Shown here: piece by piece, positions 18,549 through 26,100 of the stretch
How the letters are laid out: every line of letters starts with the position of its first letter
Numbering within the stretch: position 1 is the first letter of the stretch
From: a virus
Taxonomy: Duplodnaviria > Caudoviricetes
Length of the DNA stretch: 30,149 bases
Virus record (IMG/VR): IMGVR_UViG_3300044296_000012
Location: 1-30,149 of that record
Strand: one strand, 5' to 3'
Position numbers and translations under genes: made by a program
Notes under the pieces: generated by a model
What the model was told of the DNA's origin: nothing
Seen by the model: the letters and a program-made list of their open reading frames with translations, nothing else
Database searches by the model: none

Positions 18549-19052
18549 ATGGCTATAAATCAATTTCCTGCAGCATCTTCTGGTGGAGGATCTAAAACAA
18601 GATATTTTAATACATTACAAAGCGGAACTTCTTATACCGTGCCAGCCGGAGTAACAACACTTATAGTTACTCTTGTTGGCGGTGGCGGTGGCGCAGGTGG
18701 TTTTTTTACTTACGCAAGTGGTGGTTCTGGCGGAACAACATCCTTTGGCATGGCTAACATGGCTTCTGGTGGAAACGGAGGCGCTTGCATTCAAACCGGA
18801 GGTGCTGTTTCAGGATCTAGCGGGGCATATGCCTCTGGTCGTGGAGGAAATCCAGCGACTTATGGTACTGGATCAATAAGCGCTGCAAGTGCAGTAAAAG
18901 GTGGAGATGCTGCTGTTATTACCACTACATTAACTGTTACTCCCGGAAGTTTAATTACTTATGCAATAGGCGCTGGTGGTAGTAGTCGTGGTGATTCATA
19001 TTATGGTGGATCAGGTGGTTCTGGTCGAATTGATGTTGAATACTGGCTCTAA
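18549..19052 (+). CDS. Glycine-rich fibre-tip / adhesin-like protein (167 aa)
   Basis: SD AAGGA; YTVPAGVTTLIVTLVGGGGGAG...VTPGSLITYAIGAGG...GGSGRIDVEY glycine-rich domain. Confidence 0.75.
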   Translation: MAINQFPAASSGGGSKTRYFNTLQSGTSYTVPAGVTTLIVTLVGGGGGAGGFFTYASGGSGGTTSFGMANMASGGNGGACIQTGGAVSGSSGAYASGRGGNPATYGTGSISAASAVKGGDAAVITTTLTVTPGSLITYAIGAGGSSRGDSYYGGSGGSGRIDVEYWL

Positions 19053-19082
19053 CTATTTAAAATAATAATTTATTTAATTAAC

Positions 19083-19116
19083 ATCCCTGAGCATGGATTA
19101 AAACTGCTCTTTTTTT
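19083..19116 (+). ncRNA. Compact H-type RNA pseudoknot followed by a U-tract
   Basis: ATCC (19083-86) pairs with GGAT (19095-98); loop GAGCA (19089-93) pairs with TGCTC (19105-09) across a TAAAAC linker; T7 follows. Confidence 0.55.
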
Positions 19117-19137
19117 ATTTCTATTTTAGGAGAGAAA

Positions 19138-19299
19138 GTGAAAGAGATTCTTCTCATCATCGGTGGAGTTCTTAGTGTTGCAGCCATCCCGGCAATCCGT
19201 GCTGGCATTAAGTCATACCGTGCCAAGAAGGGTGTTGCTGATGTATTAGTCGACGCTATTGAGGCTGGCGTTGATGAGATAGAAAAGAAGAAAAAGTAA
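19138..19299 (+). CDS. Small membrane protein, holin-like (53 aa; not in ORF track)
   Basis: SD AGGAGA, GTG start; MKEILLIIGGVLSVAAIPAIRAG...EKKKK has one hydrophobic segment and a basic C-terminus. Confidence 0.7.
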   Translation: MKEILLIIGGVLSVAAIPAIRAGIKSYRAKKGVADVLVDAIEAGVDEIEKKKK

Positions 19300-19520
19300 T
19301 GTCAGCGCCTGACTGGGCTGCCGTAGTGGTAGCCGTAGTCACGGTTATTGGTGCTTTTGCTGCTGCTGTTCGTTGGCTCGTCAAGCATTATCTTTCTGAA
19401 CTCAAACCAGATGGCAACGGAGGACACAACTTCGAAGGTCGTGTTGCTCGTATTGAAAAACAATTAGACCGCATTACCGAAATACTTATGGGGAATCATG
19501 TCAGATCCGAGAATCAATAA
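19299..19520 (+). CDS. Single-TM membrane protein, holin-like (73 aa)
   Basis: WAAVVVAVVTVIGAFAAAVRWLV hydrophobic helix followed by a short coiled coil; directly upstream of the endolysin. Confidence 0.7.
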   Translation: MSAPDWAAVVVAVVTVIGAFAAAVRWLVKHYLSELKPDGNGGHNFEGRVARIEKQLDRITEILMGNHVRSENQ

Positions 19521-19986
19521 AGTATTGGCTGCTGCCAAAAAGTTTGTTGATGAAGGCTATACCGAAGGTAACGATAACGATACCATTTTTGGTAAATGGT
19601 ATGGCAAGGAATTCAATCACCAACCTTGGTGCGCTATGTTCGTATCGTATTGCTTTGACCAAGGTGGTGCAATCAAACTAATCCAAGCGCAATCTAAAAA
19701 AGGATTTGCTGGATGTGACCTTGGCTTATCTTGGTTTGCATCTAAAGGAATGTTAGTTCCTGTTGGTGATGCACAACCCGGGGATATTGTGTTCTTTGAT
19801 TTTGATGATAATCCAAAGACCAGCGAGCATGTTGGAATTGTTTATGTTAATCAAAAGATTCTAAGAACTCTTGTTACATTTGAAGGAAATACCAGCGTTG
19901 CTGGTAGCCAATCAAACGGTGGCGGATGTTACAAGAAGAAGCGTCCTTACACAAAGGTGGTTGCGGTAGCGCGACCTTGGAAGTAA
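19498..19986 (+). CDS. Endolysin, CHAP-domain amidase/peptidase
   Basis: PWCAMFVSYCF (catalytic Cys), QPGDIVFFDF, EHVGIV (His) and TFEGNT motifs. Confidence 0.9.
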   Translation: MSDPRINKVLAAAKKFVDEGYTEGNDNDTIFGKWYGKEFNHQPWCAMFVSYCFDQGGAIKLIQAQSKKGFAGCDLGLSWFASKGMLVPVGDAQPGDIVFFDFDDNPKTSEHVGIVYVNQKILRTLVTFEGNTSVAGSQSNGGGCYKKKRPYTKVVAVARPWK

Positions 19987-20001
19987 TAGGAGAAGATAAG
20001 C

Positions 20002-21936
20002 GTGGCAAACGATAATAAGTCAATCGTATCCGATCTTCCAATGGTACTTAGCCAGTCGGTTCCGACTGCGCTTGTCAGATATAATCGTGAAGATTTTGCT
20101 GCATCTTATGCCATAGGCAATACGCCTTGGCTATCTGCTGCAAGCGACATGGATCGTATCAGCCGTATCACAACCACTTACCAGAAAGAGCGTATTGACC
20201 AGTCGTCATCCGCTGGTGAAAACTCTTTATCCAACTGGTGGATTCGCTCTGCTACCTCATGGCATAGAGGAGCAGGTGAACTTTATTATGATGCTGACGC
20301 TGATGATCTATACATGTTTCATGAGTCAAATAATATTGATGTGTGGACTTCTGATCAAATAAGTCTTTTACCTGCTACTACCAATGTGTCAACAAGCAAC
20401 GCATCATATCCATCTACTTCTAGTGGCGGTACATTCTTTCTTAATACTGGATCGAATGTTTATTATTATAATTCTACAACCAGCACAACTACATCTGCAT
20501 CACTTGGCGCTGGTGTTACAGCGCAGGTTATGACCAGCGACGGGTACTACGCTTTAGTTGGTGCTAGTAATGGTGTATATCAAGTTAATCCATCTACTAT
20601 GGCTGTCACCAAGTTATGGTCTAAACCAACATCAGTTACTGCTTGGACTGTTCAGGCTATCGGATATGTCAAAGATCGCATTGTCATTGGCGTTAAAGAA
20701 GATAGCACTCGTGTTGTTGTTTATGAACTTGGTCGAAATCCTAACTCTCCTCCACAAACCGTTGGAGTTAACGAAGAGCGCTGGACATATACTGGAACTG
20801 TAGTCACCTTTAATTCTATTGGTGAACTTAACTCAGCCATCATGGTTGCTTATACTATTGGTGCTGTATCTCGGGTTCAAGGATATAACCTTGACCCGGC
20901 TAGCCCACTTGCTGCATTATTAGATCCATCTATTATCGCAGAGTTACCTCGTGGCGAAACGATTAACCAGATTAGATCATATCTAAATACTTATGTTGTT
21001 ATTGCAACAAACCAAGGGTTACGAATTGGAACCCAAGATTCTGCTGGTCAAGGTTTCTCGTATGGTCAATTGATTATCCATGGATCTCCTGTCAAAGATA
21101 TTGCATTCAATGATTCATATGTATATGCAACTAGAGCGCAGGCTATTGACAGTCACTATGGTTTATGGCGTATTGATCTTGGAACAACTAGCAGTAATGG
21201 AACCATCTACGCTTATGCTTCCGATCTTGAAACAGATGAAGGTACTGTCAATGGCGTAGCATTTCTTGACAATACCAATCGTAAATTCATTACCTCATCT
21301 TCTGGTATATGGATTGAAGAAGCGGTCAAGCGTGCTCAGACTGGATGGCTTACTACTGGTCGTGTCCGTTGGGGTACTCAAGAAAACAAACAACCAGTTT
21401 CCTTGACTGTTCGTACCGGAGATGCAACAAGTTCTTCTGTTGGTGTTTCTGTTTATGACAATAATGGCGTAAGCCAATTAGACATTGATTCAATTCCTCT
21501 TGGCAACTCACTTGATATTGGTATATCAAACTACTTGAGTCCGGGGGATTTCTTTGAGTTAAAGTTTACTTTATCTCGTGATGAATTAAATACAACTACT
21601 GCTGGACCAACACTTGAACAATGGTCAATGCGTGCTTTGCCAGCACCATTGCGTTCAAGAACATTTACCATTCCTTTGTTATGCTATGAAGAAGAGCGCG
21701 ATTCGAATGGCTATACGGTTGTATCCAATCCTTGGGAAAGAATTAATTATCTTGAAAGGATTGAGCAGACTGGTGGTGCTGTCTTGTTCCAAGACTTCTC
21801 TACCAAAGAAGAGCGGATTTGTATTATCCGTGCCATTCAATTTGAGCAGAAGGCTCCGCCTTCTTATGCTCGTGGGTTTGGTGGAATCGTTACACTTCAA
21901 TTGCAAACAATTGATTACGAACAACCAATAACATGA
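20002..21936 (+). CDS. Putative tail nozzle / tail tubular protein B (beta-propeller-like, 644 aa)
   Basis: SD AGGAG, GTG start; beta-strand-rich with SWHRGAG near the N-terminus; size fits a podovirus nozzle. Confidence 0.6.
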   Translation: MANDNKSIVSDLPMVLSQSVPTALVRYNREDFAASYAIGNTPWLSAASDMDRISRITTTYQKERIDQSSSAGENSLSNWWIRSATSWHRGAGELYYDADADDLYMFHESNNIDVWTSDQISLLPATTNVSTSNASYPSTSSGGTFFLNTGSNVYYYNSTTSTTTSASLGAGVTAQVMTSDGYYALVGASNGVYQVNPSTMAVTKLWSKPTSVTAWTVQAIGYVKDRIVIGVKEDSTRVVVYELGRNPNSPPQTVGVNEERWTYTGTVVTFNSIGELNSAIMVAYTIGAVSRVQGYNLDPASPLAALLDPSIIAELPRGETINQIRSYLNTYVVIATNQGLRIGTQDSAGQGFSYGQLIIHGSPVKDIAFNDSYVYATRAQAIDSHYGLWRIDLGTTSSNGTIYAYASDLETDEGTVNGVAFLDNTNRKFITSSSGIWIEEAVKRAQTGWLTTGRVRWGTQENKQPVSLTVRTGDATSSSVGVSVYDNNGVSQLDIDSIPLGNSLDIGISNYLSPGDFFELKFTLSRDELNTTTAGPTLEQWSMRALPAPLRSRTFTIPLLCYEEERDSNGYTVVSNPWERINYLERIEQTGGAVLFQDFSTKEERICIIRAIQFEQKAPPSYARGFGGIVTLQLQTIDYEQPIT

Positions 21937-22148
21937 CAAGCAAGGTTATCCCCTTGGTACGACATGGGGAGAGAAGCGAGTTAGTTAACCAAGTTAGGTT
22001 AGCGCTTAATGTTGCCGGAGACGATCTATTGGACGCTCCCCTTCAAGAGATATTGAGAGGGTTGCAGCGCAGACTCGGGACTCCGGCTGACGGGTGCATC
22101 GACTTAGCCACGCTAGATGCGCTCGCGGTTGCTCCGACTGAATGGTAG
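21933..22148 (+). CDS. Stand-alone peptidoglycan-binding (PG_binding_1-like) protein
   Basis: LVRHGERSELVNQVRLAL...LRGLQRRLGTPADGCIDLATLDAL follows the three-helix PGBD pattern; ATGA-coupled. Confidence 0.65.
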   Translation: MTSKVIPLVRHGERSELVNQVRLALNVAGDDLLDAPLQEILRGLQRRLGTPADGCIDLATLDALAVAPTEW

Positions 22149-22158
22149 GGGCTGGCAT

Positions 22159-22185
22159 AGAGGGGGGAGAAATCCCCCCTCTTTT
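22159..22185 (+). terminator. Terminator ending the structural operon
   Basis: AGAGGGGGGA-GAAA-TCCCCCCTCT perfect 10-bp stem, GNRA loop, then TTT; lies between convergent genes. Confidence 0.85.
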
Positions 22186-22191
22186 GTCATT

Positions 22192-22392
22192 TCAGTAGGC
22201 AGATTTATCCTTGACCAAAATCCTTACCGCCCACTCCAAGCCAGCGGTTACGCCATCGGTGAAGTCATCTCTCTTAGCCCCAGCCAATGCTGGTCTAGCA
22301 TCTAATATCTTGGTGATGTATTTGAGAAGTTCTTCCTTATTGTCCGAATTGCCTATTAATCCTTCGCAATACTCTCTCCACTCCTCATCCAT
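22192..22392 (-). CDS. Hypothetical protein (66 aa); only credible minus-strand gene
   Basis: Minus-strand SD AAGGGGG (22403-22397) before the ATG; occupies a gap free of credible plus-strand genes. Confidence 0.7.
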   Translation of the reverse strand: MDEEWREYCEGLIGNSDNKEELLKYITKILDARPALAGAKRDDFTDGVTAGLEWAVRILVKDKSAY

Positions 22393-22402
22393 ACTACCCC
22401 CT

Positions 22403-22423
22403 TAAAGGCTCCTTTCGGAGCCT
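22403..22423 (-). terminator. Hairpin (terminator or processing stem) on the minus strand
   Basis: The minus strand reads AGGCTCC-GAAA-GGAGCCT-TTAA; the GNRA loop occurs only in this orientation; the U-tract is short. Confidence 0.55.
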
Positions 22424-22543
22424 AGAAACCAAGAAATGCCCCCCCTACCCCCCCAATACATGGCTCGTATTTGAGTGGCTCAGGGAGGCGTCTGTGACCT
22501 TTCGTCACCTGTCAACCGAAGTTTCTGCCCCACGGATATCCGC
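22403..22543 (-). ncRNA. Candidate ~140-nt structured RNA or leader containing G7-UA-G7
   Basis: Four helices plus a closing stem; G-U pairs work only on the minus strand; a TAGTAT -10 hexamer lies 6 nt before the first hairpin. Confidence 0.5.
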
Positions 22544-22549
22544 CCGTCA

Positions 22550-22607
22550 ATACTAAACCAAATAAGTGCGTGTCGCTACCAGCAAAGAGGGCGTGTCGCG
22601 GTAAACT
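22550..22607. promoter_or_regulatory. Divergent promoter region with two GCGTGTCGC direct repeats
   Basis: Minus -10 TAGTAT (22555-50) and plus -10 TAAACT (22602-07), both TANNNT; GCGTGTCGC at 22568-76 and 22591-99. Confidence 0.6.
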
Positions 22608-22614
22608 ATTCCAC

Positions 22615-22809
22615 ATGAATGCACCTCCCCCGCACAGATCTTATAGCCAGTTATCCACATGGCAGTCTTGCCCACAGAAATACTATCTGAGCAAGATCGT
22701 TCAGATACCTGAACAGCCGGCAGTATATCTGGCTGCGGGGACAGCAGTTCATACCATGATTGAAATCATTAACCATGAACTGTATCTGAGGCAAAACAAA
22801 AATGATTAA
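22615..22809 (+). CDS. RecB/Cas4-like PD-(D/E)XK nuclease, N-terminal fragment (64 aa)
   Basis: SYSQLSTWQSCPQKYYLSKI...AAGTAVHTMIE is the standard N-terminus of this family; probable leaderless ATG 7 nt after TAAACT. Confidence 0.85.
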   Translation: MNAPPPHRSYSQLSTWQSCPQKYYLSKIVQIPEQPAVYLAAGTAVHTMIEIINHELYLRQNKND

Positions 22810-23020
22810 TCAACGAGGCATTCCTAGCAATGAATGTCTAAACTGCGGGTCGAACATTCAGATCATCCGCGCTATGTTTGAAGATTACCAACTTGTTCTT
22901 TGGTTTACGAAATCCTTCTGTGCTGAATGTGGTTCTCCCATGACCACGCCAACTCCGGTTGATTCTCCAGAATACAAGCAGGATAAGGAGTGGAAGAATG
23001 ACGGATGGAATTTCGACTAA
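22802..23020 (+). CDS. Small Zn-finger protein (72 aa)
   Basis: CLNCGS...CAECGS (two CxxC); GAGG upstream; overlaps both nuclease halves. Confidence 0.8.
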   Translation: MINQRGIPSNECLNCGSNIQIIRAMFEDYQLVLWFTKSFCAECGSPMTTPTPVDSPEYKQDKEWKNDGWNFD

Positions 23021-23666
23021 ATGGTTAGAAGTATTTAGCGCCGAGGTTAAACGGGTTCAAGATGAATCTGGCAAACCACCAGAAGAATGGAAAGCAGCGG
23101 GTCGTGTAACTGCAGCCAATCCCAATGGCGAAGATGTACAGTTCTGGCAACACGACGGTTTGCGTCAAGTTAAAGAATATGTAAAATGGATTGAGCAATC
23201 TGGTTGGCAGATTGCAACCATGCCGGATGGTCGTCCGGGTATTGAGTGGTCTGCAGATGTTCACTTCGGGGGAACACCTGTAAGATTTATTATCGATGCT
23301 ATTTACCAAGTTGGGGAGGATTTGGTAATCGTCGATTATAAGACTGGATCAAGGACGCCATTCGGCATGATACAGATGGGACTATACGCATCTGGTATAG
23401 AAAAGATATATGGAATCAGACCCAAGTGGGGTGCATTCTATATGACCAGAAAAGGTGCATTGAGCGACTTGCACGCATTGTCCCATTTATCTATAGATTA
23501 TTTTGAATATGTTTTTGAAACGATGAATACTAATATCCAATTAGGATACTATCCTCCATCAGTAGGGGATTCGTGTCGCACCTGCTCCTTTGTTGACAAA
23601 TGTCCAGCAATGGGTTCTAATGAGTACCCGTTAGTCCTACCCAAAAAGAGAAAGGTAAAGAAGTGA
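22998..23666 (+). CDS. RecB/Cas4-like PD-(D/E)XK nuclease, C-terminal fragment (222 aa)
   Basis: SD AAGGAG at 22985-90 and ATG 22998; GIE...RFIIDAIY...IVDYKTG...QMGLYA and C-terminal CRTCSFVDKC. Confidence 0.88.
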   Translation: MTDGISTKWLEVFSAEVKRVQDESGKPPEEWKAAGRVTAANPNGEDVQFWQHDGLRQVKEYVKWIEQSGWQIATMPDGRPGIEWSADVHFGGTPVRFIIDAIYQVGEDLVIVDYKTGSRTPFGMIQMGLYASGIEKIYGIRPKWGAFYMTRKGALSDLHALSHLSIDYFEYVFETMNTNIQLGYYPPSVGDSCRTCSFVDKCPAMGSNEYPLVLPKKRKVKK

Positions 23667-24118
23667 CAGAAGCAAATTTCTCGTTCACTACAAAAATAAA
23701 CGGTGACCTATTCACCGTTCGTGGCAATACAATTCAAGAGTTCATGCAGAATGTTGAGTCTGCTAGAACTGCAGTTGCATCCGTTACATCACTTGCACAG
23801 TCAACGCAATCAACACAATCAACACCAATGCGTCAAGCAATTCAGGTGATGGAAGAAGTATTCAATACTGGTGATTCCAAAGGAATCACTACTGAATCTA
23901 TAAGCGATGCTATCGAACAGATCGTTGACAAGTATGGCAATGAGTGGACTTATGGTCACCCAGAAGCGCCAATGCTACCGGATGGTCGTGGACGATACGC
24001 TCGCAAGAAGGGCAAGTCCAAGGCTGGTAAGGTTTATACCGGATGGTTTGATCCGGCTAAAGGACCCAAGCCTTTCCCTAAGGGTGAGGTTGAGGCTGAG
24101 GCTATCTGGTCTAAGTAA
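23663..24118 (+). CDS. Hypothetical protein, possibly ssDNA-binding or recombination partner (151 aa)
   Basis: GTGA-coupled; lies between nuclease and helicase; aromatic/basic C-terminal domain. Function is inferred only from position. Confidence 0.55.
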   Translation: MTEANFSFTTKINGDLFTVRGNTIQEFMQNVESARTAVASVTSLAQSTQSTQSTPMRQAIQVMEEVFNTGDSKGITTESISDAIEQIVDKYGNEWTYGHPEAPMLPDGRGRYARKKGKSKAGKVYTGWFDPAKGPKPFPKGEVEAEAIWSK

Positions 24119-24948
24119 TGCGATCACTATTGCAAGTAGTTGGTGTTGAGACACCAGCCGGTCACGCTCTGCCAGAGATACTTCCTCAACTTACAACAAG
24201 CCAAGTAGTATTTCGACAAGCGCAACTGCATCTTATCGCTGCCCAACCGGGTGGCGGTAAGACTATGCTTGCATTGTGGTATGCCGTTACTTCTAAAGTT
24301 CCATCACTCTATTTTTCTGCAGACTCTGATTCAAGAACCATTGCACTCCGAGCCGGTGCAATCTTGTTGGGGAAACCTGTATCAGATGTTGAAAAGATGA
24401 TGGACTCTGAGGCAAGTGTATTACTGGAGGATACCCTTGCCGACGGTGCGAAACATATTCGATTCAATTTTGATCCCGCTCCGTCCTTAGAGGATGTTGA
24501 GCAAGAGATCGAAGCGTGGATAGAATTACATGGCGCACCACCATCGGCTATCTACATTGATAATCTCATGAACATTGCTGCCGGTAGTGATAATGAATGG
24601 ACCGCCCTTCGTGACACTATGTCAGCATTTCACTACATGGCGCGGGAGTATGAATCTGCATTCGTAGTCCTGCACCATGTGAGTGAGAATGAGAAGATGT
24701 CGAAGCCGAACTTTCCAGCGCCACGCAAAGCACTCATGGGTAAGGTTTCTGCTTTGCCAGAATTAGTGTTGAGCGTGGCGCTGGATAACAATGGTACGAG
24801 TTATCGTGTTGCTGTTATCAAGAACCGTCATGGCAAGGCTGATCCGACAGCGGAGTCATTCCTAACCTTGGCTGCAGAACCATCACTTATGACAATCTAC
24901 AATTCGTTTTCTGATCTAAATATAGATAGAACTCGGCGCGGATTATGA
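24118..24948 (+). CDS. DnaB-like (SF4) helicase ATPase domain
   Basis: Walker A AQPGGGKT, LYFSAD, Walker B IYIDNL, VVLHH and VIKNRHG; no N-terminal DnaB domain. Confidence 0.85.
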   Translation: MRSLLQVVGVETPAGHALPEILPQLTTSQVVFRQAQLHLIAAQPGGGKTMLALWYAVTSKVPSLYFSADSDSRTIALRAGAILLGKPVSDVEKMMDSEASVLLEDTLADGAKHIRFNFDPAPSLEDVEQEIEAWIELHGAPPSAIYIDNLMNIAAGSDNEWTALRDTMSAFHYMAREYESAFVVLHHVSENEKMSKPNFPAPRKALMGKVSALPELVLSVALDNNGTSYRVAVIKNRHGKADPTAESFLTLAAEPSLMTIYNSFSDLNIDRTRRGL

Positions 24949-25484
24949 TCCGGATAGAACTGAATGAAGATGAAATCATGGGCGCTTTGCGCCATGTTCA
25001 TCGGGTACGGCAAAACAAAAAGGAATTCAATGTCACCGATAAAAAGTTTGACAAGAACAATTCGTCGTATTCAGTTAATCTTATGGGTCGCTTGGGTGAG
25101 GTGGCGTGTGCAAAGGGACTTGGGTTATCCGTTGATGAGTCGATTAACCCGGGCGGTGACGATGGACATGACTTACATACATCATTGGGAAAATCTATAC
25201 AGGTCAAAACATCCACAATTCCCACACTTATTTTCAACCACGAAACAAACTTCATCTCAGACTACGCAATCCTCGTAGTCTTAGAAGGAGACAAGCAACT
25301 TCCCCATGTTGATTCGGCATTTCACATTGTTGGAATAACCGATAGAAAATATTTCTTTGACAACTTTACTTACCATGATTATGGTTATGGTCAGAGGTTG
25401 ATCCTTTCGCAAGACAAACTACATCCAATCAACGAAGGTTTTAATATCAATGAAATATCCAGACTTTTCGGAAGCGCTTTGTAA
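24945..25484 (+). CDS. Putative PD-(D/E)XK-fold nuclease (179 aa)
   Basis: GRLGEVA...DDGHDL...SIQVKTS resembles restriction-endonuclease-like motifs. Confidence 0.55.
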   Translation: MIRIELNEDEIMGALRHVHRVRQNKKEFNVTDKKFDKNNSSYSVNLMGRLGEVACAKGLGLSVDESINPGGDDGHDLHTSLGKSIQVKTSTIPTLIFNHETNFISDYAILVVLEGDKQLPHVDSAFHIVGITDRKYFFDNFTYHDYGYGQRLILSQDKLHPINEGFNINEISRLFGSAL

Positions 25485-25716
25485 AGAGATTGGTGTCGAG
25501 TTCTTTTTTTATGGTGATACTAAAACACCTAATTCAGAACAGCACATGGCTAGGAAGTTGTGCAACTCTTGTCCGGTTTATGATGCATGTTTAGAGTGGG
25601 CTTTGCACCACGAGAAGCATGGGATTTGGGCTGGTACAAATGAAACAGAGCGCAGGTATATGCGCTCTAAACGCAAGATAAAATACCAAGCGATACTCAT
25701 GGAGGATTACCTGTGA
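25450..25716 (+). CDS. whiB: WhiB-family Fe-S transcription regulator
   Basis: Four Cys (ALC...ARKLCNSCPVYDACLEWAL), then HGIWAGTNETERR and a basic tail. Confidence 0.95.
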   Translation: MKYPDFSEALCKEIGVEFFFYGDTKTPNSEQHMARKLCNSCPVYDACLEWALHHEKHGIWAGTNETERRYMRSKRKIKYQAILMEDYL

Positions 25717-26063
25717 CAACGCCAAGCAAACGCAAGGGTTCAGAATTCGAAAGAGATACTGTGAAGTGGCTAGTCTCAATTGGATTTGAGAATGCTGAGC
25801 GTGCATATGGTGCTGGCAGGCAGGATGATGTGGGAGATATTGATGGTATCAAGCATGTTACAATTGAATGCAAGAATGAAAAGAGAATAGATTTGCCCCA
25901 GTATTTGCGGGAACTTGAAGTCGAGATGGCTCATGCGAAAGCAAAGACTGGTGTAGTATTAGTCAAAAGGCGTGGCACTAAAAGCGTCTCAGATGCATAT
26001 GCGGTTATGCCAGCATGGCTCTGGGCGGATCTGCTAAAACAGGCAGGTTACCAAAGTACATAA
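25713..26063 (+). CDS. Holliday junction resolvase (Hjc-like PD-(D/E)XK)
   Basis: SKRKGSEFER...DVGDIDG...TIECKN motifs. Confidence 0.8.
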   Translation: MTTPSKRKGSEFERDTVKWLVSIGFENAERAYGAGRQDDVGDIDGIKHVTIECKNEKRIDLPQYLRELEVEMAHAKAKTGVVLVKRRGTKSVSDAYAVMPAWLWADLLKQAGYQST

Positions 26064-26100
26064 ACAATCGAAGTTGATTGTTGATTGGAGGATAGTAACT

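Noticed and set aside
22802-23020. Intron or intein interrupting the nuclease
   Set aside because: About 190 nt, fully occupied by a plausible ORF; no group I/II or intein motifs recognised; the C-half has its own SD and ATG.
22615-23666. Cas4-like gene as evidence of a CRISPR-Cas system
   Set aside because: No repeat-spacer array or other cas genes were seen; stand-alone nucleases of this family are common in phages.
23798-23826. QST x3 9-bp tandem repeat as iterons
   Set aside because: Short, degenerate and within a low-complexity protein linker.
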